From positions 31,620,001 through 31,684,000 of the forward strand of contig CM114271.1 in the NCBI GenBank assembly GCA_050084515.1: DNA of 64,000 nucleotides, written 5' to 3'. This document shows, piece by piece, positions 41,711 to 51,815 of this stretch (positions within the stretch are counted from its first letter, which is position 1; the number at the start of each line of letters is the position of its first letter). This stretch comes from Blasia pusilla. Taxonomy: Eukaryota. The notes beneath the pieces were generated by a model that did not search any database, had not been told where the DNA came from, and saw nothing but the letters and a program-made list of their open reading frames with translations. A program made the translations under genes and the position numbers.

Positions 41711-43680
41711 ATTCGAGTGTTAGATCTCTTTGGAGGGATTAGCACTGGGTTAGCTGTTGTTTTGCAAGCAGGAGTGCGAGTGCAGCAGTACCTCTATGTG
41801 GAGAGTGATGATGTTGCGAGGCGCGTCTCACTATGACATGTGGTGCAGTAATGCCTATGTTTTCTTGACTTATTGTTTGTGTCCATGGTACACGGGTACC
41901 AGAGTTCCCTACCAAGGGATATTTCATTACTGGGGGCGCAGGACTTAGAGCGGGTAGGGACCATTGATTTGGTCATTGCCGGTTGGCCATGTCAGGGCCA
42001 ATCGAGTGCTAGACGAGGCAGCGGGTTGGTTGACACTCGGTGTAGGTTGTTTTGGGAGATGTTGAGGGTCTGACGGCAGTTGCAAGAGCACCAATCACGT
42101 TCTCCAACTTTCGCGACCCTCATAACCAAACAACACCAAATATGCGCCAAGCGAAACATCAGAACTCAAAGGAACTCACTCCGCGAGGTTTGCGCTTTGG
42201 AGAGGCGTTTGGAAGAGTCTCTTGGAAAAGTCTAAGAGACGAAACGCGGAACAGAGTTGTGTGTTTCATGCGTTAGTGGTCGCGACCAGGAAACCTAGAC
42301 CAAACGCGAGCCGAGACTTGAGATGAGTTGAGTCTTGGGAGGTTGGTTGCCAAAGAGGTGAGAACCAGTTTGGAACACGACTAGCGTTTGGGAGAATCTG
42401 ACTGTGTTCAGGACCATAACGTTGAGCTCCGAGATGAGTTTGGGACAACTAAGGACGCGTTGGAAAGCTGATCTTGAGACGCTTTCAACGCACCAAAGAT
42501 CTCAGCAAACGCATAAGTACAAGCTGAGATATTGGCCAAAAACGATTTAGAGAGCAATCGGGTTGAGGGCCAATTGGAGAGGCCCGGGTGTCTTTCCCTA
42601 AATGTAGGGGGCCCCTGGAGATCCCCAGAAGTACTAGTAAGGGGAGTACCTTCTCTGAGATGTCTCGGGAAACGAAACCCCACTTTGGGCGCCAAACGAC
42701 GTTTCAGAGGCACGGGATGGAACGGGAGTTTGGCGCGGAAACCCAAAACCAAACCTGATCCAAGGAGTGGACTTTTCACCACACTTGGATTCCAACCGAA
42801 TTCGCCGTGCGAGTCTTGGTGAGGAACTCATTGGATGTTCATCGGACGATTGGAACCGCTTAGCGCGAAACGCCGTTGAGTTCTGAACCGACGAAAAGTC
42901 TGTCCCAAGTCTTTCGAGACTTGCCCGTGTTGGAAACCGCGAAACTAGGAAGGTTGAGCTTGAAGAGAGAGTTCGAGACAAGAACTCAGAAAGTAATCCC
43001 GCTGATTGATCCAAGACCCGACTAACCAAAGTGCGTGTTTGGATGCAGATCAGCGTTGAGGGCGTGACCTACTGAACGCACGCTTCCGCAACAAACAAGA
43101 TTAACGTTCAAGGAGAGTTGGCGCACGACACCAGCCTACATTCTAGAGAATGTGCCGATCTTAGGAGACTACAAGTCACGAGTGGTGATGAGTGCTCATC
43201 AGGTGCATGCCTGGATTGGCCCAACAATGTTCTTGGATGCGGCAAGTGTAGGTTCTAGAGCCCATCGCCCGCGTCTATGGTGGACCAACTTGGTGCCCCA
43301 TGCAGTGTTACGGAGGGCATATGCGAGAGTGGAGCGCGCCTCCTATTTGTTAGTGGATTCCATTCTAGATCCAAGTCGTCGATCACAGGCAGTGAGGCAC
43401 GATGATCGACCACCGTTGACTATGGTCAACAGGGTAGGCAGGCCACGGGTAGCCTTGCCCATGTTTGTGAGTTTTCTCGCTTCCTATGCATACAAGGAGG
43501 CCGGTCCTGGCTTGGTTTGGGATGACGAGATTCAGCGGTTGGTGGAGCCCAACGCGAACGAGAGAGAGCGAGCGATGGGATTTCCCACAAGAGTGACGGG
43601 CGTACCGTCAGTGTCAGAGGCATCACGACGCCAGTCTTGGGTCAGGCAATGGACTTGAACTGCTTCACATGGATCCTCAA
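41711..43680 (+). pseudogene. DNMT3-like C5 cytosine DNA methyltransferase domain within pol, split by a solo LTR
   Basis: Motif I IRVLDLFGGISTG; motif II YLYVE; motif IV DLVIAGWPCQG (PC at 41987-41992); motif VI ILENV (ENV at 43146-43154); motif VIII DAASVGSRAHRPRLWWTNL; motif IX ERERAMGFP; motif X RRQ..LGQAMDL across a frameshift. Confidence 0.92.
42109..43130 (+). mobile_element. Solo LTR (family 2, 1022 bp) inserted in the MTase domain
   Basis: T(T)TCGCGACC ... GCGCACGACA termini; 5-bp TSD CCAAC / CCAGC. Removing it rejoins ...QSRSPAYILENV in frame. Confidence 0.92.
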
Positions 43681-44049
43681 CTTGGGAGCGGTTGAGCAAC
43701 GACGTATGAGATCGCGACAGATCATAGCGGTATTGTTGGTGAGCCCCATGCCTACCGAGACGGTGGAGGCAGTGGCTGGGGGCAAGACCCAAGGAGATCC
43801 ACACACAAGGGGAGATCGAGAGAGACACCCTTGGACTTCTTGGGATGTTTTGCAAGTACGCTAGGAGATGATAGCCCCAACATCAAGGGTGGTTCTGGGC
43901 ACTGCACGTGAAGGAGATCAGAGTTTGCAGTCGGCTGCAGGAGAGCGGCCGAGTGTTGTTGTTCGAGACGGGATTGCACCATAGCAACCACCGATACCCA
44001 CGTCGGAGAGTCCTACCGTAGTCAGGATGGAGACTTGGGAGCCAAATAT

Positions 44050-46930
44050 GGGCCCTAAGTTGAAAAGAGGAGAGCAACGCAAGATACATCAGTTCCTCAG
44101 GAATTATAGGAGCTGCTTTGTGTTTAGCATGGAGGATTTGGGTACGTTGAAGGGACCGGGGATCCGCATTGAGTTGTCGAGTGATACGCCAATCTTTCGA
44201 TGACCCTACAGGTACAGTAATATGGAGAGGTCTCTGATTCACAGCAGGAGCCAAGACTTGGACGGAGCAGGACTAGTGGAGATGTTGCATGGGGAGTATG
44301 CATCTCCCACTGTCATGCCCGCCAAGAAGGATGTGCATGGCAACTAGACAGATAAGCGGATGTGTGGGGATTACCGACTTATCAATTGGCAGACAAAGTC
44401 CGATAGGTATGCCATGCCCACCTCTGAGGAGATCTTTGATGCGATTGGTCACATAAAGGTCTTCAGTTCATTGGATTTGCGAGCCGGATACCATCAACTG
44501 CCTAAACGATTGGAGGACAGGCAGAAGACGACATTTTTGGGCATCGATCCTCACGGGAAGGATTGTTTGTACTAGTGGCGGTTCTTACCATTTGGGTTAA
44601 AGAACGCCCCGGCTGAGTTTCAGAGGGTCATGGATAGGATCTTGGCTGGTCTGAATTTTGCTAGGTGTTATATTGATGACATTGTAGTCTTTAGCGCCAC
44701 GGTTGAGGAGCATGAGCGACATCTAGAGGAGGTATTTTGACGATTGCAATTACATGGGCTGAAGCTACATCCAGGCAAGTGCAAGTTCTTCTATGACCAG
44801 ATTGAGTACATGGGTTATACGATATACCCATGGGGCCTTGGTGTTTAGCACACGAAGGTAGAGGCTATCTCACGCATTCCACGCCCTACAGATGTGAGTT
44901 GTGTTTACGCATTCATGGGATTGGCGAACTTCTATCGTCAAGGGATTCAGTTCGATTGCAAAGCCGCTAACGTTGCTGACCAAGGTGGATCACGAGTGGC
45001 ACTAGGGAGATGAGCAGGAGCAAGCATTTCAGTTGCTCAAGGACAGGTTGACTTCCGCGCCCATCTTGAGGAGACCGATCACGGGGCGTCCTTTCCAGTT
45101 GCACATAGATTGGAGCATGTTGGGACTTGGAGCGGTGCTCACCCAACATGATGATGAGGGTAGAGAGTTCATGGTGGCTTACGCTAGCCGCTCAAACAAC
45201 GCTGCACAGGAAAAGTGCAGCTCGTATGAGGGTGAGTGCTTGGGTGCAGTATGGGCTGTCGCGCATTTCAGGTGTTACTTATTCGGCAACGCCTTTACCA
45301 TCATCACTCATCATCAACCACTAAAGTGGTTGATGGAGTCCGACAAGCTTATAGGGAAGCTTGCGAGATGGGCTCGGTTGTTGCAGGAGTATGATTTTCA
45401 GGTGGTACATAGACTTGGGACGCTCAACGAGGATGCAGATGGGTTGAGTCGTAACCCATGCCCAAGTCAGCAAGATGCAAGTAGAGCTCGATGGCATGGA
45501 GAGAGTGATAAGGAGTCAATGCCAAGATGGCACACGTTAGCCTATTTAGGCATGTTGGCTATGGAGAGCCAGAGTGTGGAGACTTCGATGGCGAGGTCTA
45601 GTGGAGAGTCCTTGGATCCTGAGGCCAGTGAGGAGACGACAGGTGGTTGAGATATTCATGATGATGGAGTAGTCTTGGAGTACCTTCATACTCGCAGCGT
45701 TGCGAGCACCGTGGGTGCTAGAGAGCCGAATCGGATCCTATAGCAGGCCAGACCGTTCCGTTGGGAGGGGATACCTATTTTGAGGGTTTGGGAAGATGGT
45801 AGAGTACGCGTAGTGCCGCATCCTTTGCAGAGAGCACAACTAGTGCAGCATGCCCATGAGGAGTTGGATCATTTTGGGGTGAAGCAGACGTACAACTTGC
45901 TCCAGATTCAGTATTGGTGGCGAGGCATGCAGACTGACGTTCAGAAGTTTGTTGCCAGGTGCATGGTGTGTAATCGGGTCCGAGCATCGTTCAATGCTCC
46001 GACTCTACAGTTGCATCCATTACCAATCATGGGCTTAGGGTATAGATGGAGTTTGGATTTTGCAGGACCTTTGCCTTTGACGGAGTGTCACAGTCGTTAT
46101 GTGTTAGTGATGGTTGAGCACTTCTCGAAGTGGATCGAGTTGGTTGCATTGCCTGACGAAGCGAGTGAAGGAGTAGCTTATGCCTTCCTTGAGAGAGTGC
46201 TGAGTCATTATGGCGCACCGGCTGAGGTGTTGACAGGGAAGGATACAGAGTTTCACGGTGAGTTCCAAGCCTTGTGTGATAAGGCGCTGATCGACCAGTG
46301 CACGACTTCGCAAGATCATCCCGAGGTGGATGGATTAGCGGAGAGAGTTGTGCAAACGGTGAAGAGGGGTTTACGCAAGTATGGCTTGCAGAGAGGTCAC
46401 CTAGGAGATTGGGACCTCCAGTTGTCGTGGTTGGCCATGGGATACAGATTCAGCACGCATGCATCCTTAGCGTCTTTTTCACCGTACTTGCTACCTTATG
46501 GCCGAGATCCAGATTTACCTACGGCCATTTGTTGAGATGCTGGTGAGGTGGTGGACATTGATGACCCACATGTATGGATGCGAGCATGTTCTCAGAGGGC
46601 TGAGTTGTTTCAGAGAGTGATGCTCATGGCGTTGGAGAACCTGGCGATTGCATAGCATCGAGATACGTTGAGGTATGCAACTATTCGGGGTGGTGGTTAT
46701 CAACCAACATTCTGGAGGTTTCATGAAGGAGATTATGTCTACTTGCAGCAGACGACACCGACAACGTTGGATGTGACTGCAAGGCACACTATCCTGAGAG
46801 TGCGTGACGTTTTGCCATCCGATGTTCACTTGCTGAAGGGACGCGATGGTATGGTATGGAAGGACCATGTGCGTAATTGTGCGCCATATCACCTTCATAA
46901 TATTGATGGTAGAATAGTCCGAGCTCAGCT
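44050..46930 (+). pseudogene. Gypsy reverse transcriptase, RNase H and DDE integrase
   Basis: RMCGDYR, DLRAGYHQ, PFGLKNAP, YIDD; RNase H (IDWS..GLGAVL, YASR, DADGLSR); integrase HHCC (HEELDH...CMVC) and core WSLDF, VEHFSKW, DGLAER. RT-RH-INT order indicates Ty3/gypsy. Confidence 0.95.
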
Positions 46931-46951
46931 GTAGTTCTTACAAGCTTGCGT

Positions 46952-47092
46952 TGTATGTTGTGTGGTTCTACTCATGGTGCAGCCACGATGCTAGTCTGTG
47001 ATGGATGTTTGAGAGGTTGGCATATGGCATGTCTGATGCCACCTCTCACTAGGGTTCCTTGCGGACGATGGATGTGTCCCAGATGTACATAG
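46952..47092 (+). other. PHD finger (C4HC3) at the end of pol
   Basis: CMLCGSTHGAATMLVCDGCLRGWHMACLMPPLTRVPCGRWMCPRCT* has all eight zinc ligands and the conserved Trp. Not listed in the ORF track. Confidence 0.92.
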
Positions 47093-47280
47093 AGGAAATA
47101 CTAAGTAGGTTTCAATTCCGAATTTTTTTTGTGACATGGATGACAAGAAGGCGACTAACGATGGGGCCACATGAGCACTCGAACTTTTTGCTCTTATCAT
47201 CATAGAGATGTATGTTGTGGTAGGTAGGGATAGATGGCTATCTGGAGTTAGAGGGACCTAACCACCGGCTAGGGGGGCGA

Positions 47281-48026
47281 TTGGAGATATTTTGGTACTT
47301 TTCGCCTCTATATATTGATGCCATGAGTTAGCATGTGATCGTGTGTGTTCGATGACAGCGATGAATGTTGTGTAGCGATGTGTATGCGCACGACAAATGT
47401 CACGATTGTTAGGATAGATTGGTGGGATCTAGCAAAGCGTCTGCACGAGTCATGGAGGACAAGCCCATGAGGTCGAGGATGAGCTGTTGAGGCCGTGGGA
47501 AATCTGAGAGAGCAAGTTTCCCTTTCGTTCGGCTCATTTGGAGCCATATATAGAAACTTACTATTTTGGGTAAATTTCCATATTGGGGATAGTTGACTTT
47601 CCACTTTGGGAAGGGGCCCTTGACCCGCTACAGTAGGTCAAGAGCCAAGGAGGTGATCTGTGAGCATAGGTTACCGTTGAGAGGGCTTGGGAGAGCGTAG
47701 GGGGTATACCTCGAAGCCAGAGAGTTTAAGAGCTCATTCTTTCTTTGTTAAACCTCTTGGCATAAGGCGGCGGAGCTATGGTCCCGTGCCTTGTCAATGT
47801 AACTCAAGCCTCTCATTAGGAGAGTGGGTTTGGTTTGACATGAGAGAGAGTGCATACCTTTCCGAGCTATGGTGTGAGATGGTGTAGAGAGAGATTGGAT
47901 CTTACTTTATTGGAGATATTTTGGTACTTCTCGCCTTTTTGTATGGATGACATGAGTTAGCATGTGATCGTGTGTGTGTTCGATGATACCGATGTATATT
48001 GTGTAGCGATGTGTATGCGCACAAAA
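47281..48026 (+). repeat. Right terminal repeat block B1 (47281-47395), AA, A2 (47398-47909), B2 (47910-48026)
   Basis: B1 and B2 are direct copies (TTGGAGATATTTTGGTACTT ... GATGTGTATGCGCAC) and A2 copies A1. The purine tract AGGGGGGCGA precedes B1. Confidence 0.9.
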
Positions 48027-48620
48027 GATGGTTTGGGTCCAAAAAGGAGTTAGTAATTTTTGAGCATTTTCTCACAACTCTATTTTTTGTGATACTTGGC
48101 AAGAGTGCTAGATGCATCTTGAAGACCTTGTCGACCAAATATCAACTCAAGATGAAAACGTTGGACAAGATGAAAAATAAAAAAGCCTTATTTGGATAGA
48201 AGGTTTGATGGTTGGGGTCCAAAAAGGAGTTGGAACTTTTTGAGCTTCTGTTCACAACTTCATTTTTCCTGGGGATCATGGTGGCCAAATTGAAGCTCAA
48301 GATGACAAAATTGGACAAGATGAAAAATGAAAAAACATTGTTTTGATAGAAGGTCTGATGGTTCGGGTCCAAAAAGGACTTGCCAAATTTTGAGCTTGTG
48401 GTCCCAACTCCATTTTGCTTTAAACTTGGCAAGAGTGCTAGATGCACCTTGGAGATAACGTGGGCTAAATTTAGCTCAAGATGGAAACGTTGGACAAGAT
48501 GTCCGGTTAAAGACTTTTTTTTTTTCCATTCAAGGTTATCTGCTTCGCATCCAAAAGGTCATTTTAAACTTAATTTGGGATGAGACTTTGCCAGAGTGAT
48601 AGATGTTACTTGGGGACCAT
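48027..48620. repeat. 180-bp tandem repeat array, segment 3
   Basis: Same monomer, resuming at GATGGTTTGGGTCCAAAAAGG and decaying toward 48620. Confidence 0.9.
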
Positions 48621-49400
48621 CTGCACTATTCTATATAATGTTAGAAGAGTTATTACATTTCACTCTTGTAAGTAATTACACTCTTGCAATCAAATGTAAA
48701 TGATATCCTACTCCCTAGAGTAAATTCATCCTTCCATAAAATTCAAACCAAAGCTTTTCATTCTCCATTTAAATTCAATTTCCCTTTCCATTACATATGA
48801 ATCAAAGCACCTCTGAATTTATTTATCTAACATTCTCAAATCTATGCAAATTTAGTAATATTTTTATTCACCTAGTATAGTATTAAATAAATTAATAAGT
48901 AAATTTGGTTTTCTATTCCACCCAAGTCCCTTTCAAATTCTACCCCATGGAATATTGGTCAGAGGGATAAAATTCATACATTATTTTCCTTTACAATTCA
49001 ATTCAAACATATATTTTCCTTCATTAATTTTGGAAAAAAAATTCATCCCTTTTCCAATCCCTTCTTTCAATAAATGAAAGAAAATCGCTTATTTTTCTAA
49101 GTTAGTGATTTTTTTGGAGTTACTTAAAAAGATAAAATTTATATCAAACAAATCATTCAATTATGGTAGCTTCCACCTTATCCAAGGATTTATAACCCAA
49201 GAGAACAATTTCATCAATTTCATGAACTCACTTCATGGACAACATTCGTGATCCGCTCACAGTCACAAGTTTCCTTACTGGAATATTATGATTTTTTTTG
49301 AAAATTTTTTACAACAAATGAGGAGTACCCCAAAAAAAATCTGGATTGAGAGGAATCTACTTATGTACATTACAAAGATATAAATATCAACTCATTCTCT

Positions 49401-51600
49401 CTAACCTGATTCATTGTCTGACATATGTAACACCTGTGCCGACGTCTCACCATTTCTTCCTCCTCTTCCCCTAGCTCTAGTCATGTGCATCCCACCTCCA
49501 CGAGGAATAGTCCTTTCCAACTCAACATCAGCTTCACCATCATTAGTGTTCTTGTTTTGGCTGCGTTGGAAACATCTCCCACTCTCTCTCGAAGAATCCA
49601 AAGAGTTCCTCGTGCATTCGATGAGGGTAATAGTATGTTCGAGGATATCCGCCTTCAGTCCTTTGAGGAATGTCTTGCCATAAGAAAGGTGGCAAGATCA
49701 ATTCGAGTCTCCTCAAAACAAGCTAATCCATCAATGGATTTTGATGATGGTTTAGCACAAGTTGTTGAGTTGTGTTGAGGACGTCTCGAACTTCTTGTGA
49801 ATTCAACCCTTGAGCAAAGAAGAAGTTTTCCGCCTCTCAATTTTGGAGATCAATGGTTGTTCCGTGGATGAGCTCTCCTCGATTGTACATGTCAATGAAG
49901 CAATCCAACCATGCTTGCATTTCCCGATCAATCCTCCGCTGGCGAGGGATTTCCACTTGAACCACCCCGTCTATGTTCGGGGTTATAGTTCGATCGGGGG
50001 CTACAATTTCCCAAACTGAAAGTGAAATTTTCTTACTCTTGGGTTAATTTGCGATAAGTGCATTTCCATCAGGAGCGCAGAAAGATATGCGGAAAAGGTG
50101 ATAAAGTCTTCCTGATCAAGCTTGTCTACAAGTTGGACACTTGTGAGATAGTAGCATGGCCTTTTGAAGACAATATGGATGTCAATAACAAGCTTTACAT
50201 GTGCCTGTCACGTAGCAATCTTCTGCAACAATGGGGTTGAAGCACATCATGCATTTGGGACAATTTTTTGGCATGAGGGACCCTCCTTCACATATTGTGA
50301 TTTCCTTCATCCAATCCAAAAGATGTTGCACTTTTGTGTTTGGATTAAGAGGTGTTGGTGCTAACATCATAGAGGCATAGTTTGCAGCGTTTGGATCCAC
50401 GACATTGTCCCATGCTGCGCGTAGAGCTGGAGGCCACAATTGCTTGATAGGTTGAAATAAGATCATATTAACCTCCTTCACGAGACAAACCTCAAGTAGG
50501 GCTGTCTCTGGGATGAGTTCTCCCACGTTACCTCTTGCTCTCCATCCTAACAATTCATCCATCTCTTGCTGTCGTCTTGCCATGATGTTCTTGTATGCTC
50601 TCCTCCATTGCTCTGTGTGGTCAACCATTACAACTTTTTGCCTTCTGTGGAGGTCATCTCTGGCAATAGATTCATTCAAAAGCCTCTCCATCTCTTTCTT
50701 CAATTTTATGTGCTCCTCAGATAGCTGTTCATACTTCCCCTTCAAAACGTTGAATTCCACGGCCAAATCAAAATTACGTTGGAATTTGTTATTAAACTGT
50801 CCAAGTGTGATAGATGAGACATTACCTCGATATTATCTGGAGCACTCTTCCCAGGAAAGGTTTGGGGAGAAGCACCGCTATGTATAGGGCGATCAGAACT
50901 CTCCCCGGGCTCATCAAAGCTTGCACTACGACCTACATAGAGGTCATTCAAACCATCTCGTCTATCCTCTGCCCCCATCTGTACTCGCCCTTCATCTCCA
51001 CTCTCATCTTGTATATATTATTGAGCACGACTATTTCTTCTTTGACCATCCAAGGAAGATAGTTTGGCTCTAAGGCTCCTTGACAATCCACATTGCTGAC
51101 AATGGCATAACGACGCTCGTGGTGATGAAGCTTCCACTCTTGCTTTTTAAAAGTGTTGCCGTGGGGTTCTATTGTCTTCTTCTCTTATCTCCTCTCAAAG
51201 ACCCCTCATCCACATCGCCATATTGGACCTCTATATCCTTCATCAACTCCGCGACTTTGAGCTGAACAAATACCTTAGTCACTAATTTCATCTTTCTCTT
51301 GGGGAGGTCTTCGTACTTTTGGACGCCATTGAGTAAAGCCCAATCCTTTGTCCAGTCATCCTCTTCCACTTTCCTTGTAAGTTCTCCAATTGCAAGCTCC
51401 GACCACTTCAGCCCCGACTTCTTGAACTCTCCTTTCAAAACTTGTGGGTCAATGGTGCTATCCAAGTGCGCCTTCAATTCATCTTCCGTGACAAATTGCG
51501 AGACCGTCTTCTTGTTCACCTTCGGAGGGATCTCTGGTGTTGGTGTATCTAGGGGTTCTTACCCTCTTCCGTCGTCCTGATCGATGTGAGGGCTACGGTC
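49401..51600 (-). pseudogene. Decayed gene with a coiled-coil region and a RING-like finger (candidate transposon cargo)
   Basis: Co-oriented ORF fragments (51169-51519, 50182-50766, 49655-49840, 49401-49601). Reading through TGA at 50182-50184 gives CMMC-x14-CKACY*HPYC-x9-CPTCR (50128-50253). Confidence 0.6.
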
Positions 51601-51815
51601 TTCATGAGGTGGCAACTCCATCTTGTCTTTTACCAAAATACAAAAATAAAGGTGATTTAGAAATGATTCCAATAATAGTGATACCATGGCACATGATACA
51701 TCCGCATATCAATCAAGATTCATTATTCACAAAATTTCATAGTAACACATTCATCTTTTTGAACCAAGTCTTTCATTTCTCATGAAAAATATCCAATCCT
51801 CAAACGGGTTTACAA

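Larger units (their letters stand above)
36398..48026 (+). mobile_element. Ty3/gypsy retrotransposon encoding a DNMT3-like methyltransferase and a PHD finger (decayed)
   Basis: Starts TGTCACG and ends GCGCACAAAA (cf. GCGCACGACA). The satellite resumes in phase on both sides (GATA / GATG). Internal order is gag, protease, MTase, RT, RNase H, integrase, PHD. Confidence 0.9.

Noticed and set aside
41711-43680. Bacterial restriction-modification methylase or contamination
   Set aside because: The domain is embedded in gypsy pol, resembles DNMT3, shares the element's decay and has no adjacent restriction gene.
36398-48026. DIRS/Ngaro tyrosine-recombinase element
   Set aside because: Despite the split repeats, I see no tyrosine recombinase. 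A protease and a DDE integrase with an HHCC finger are present.
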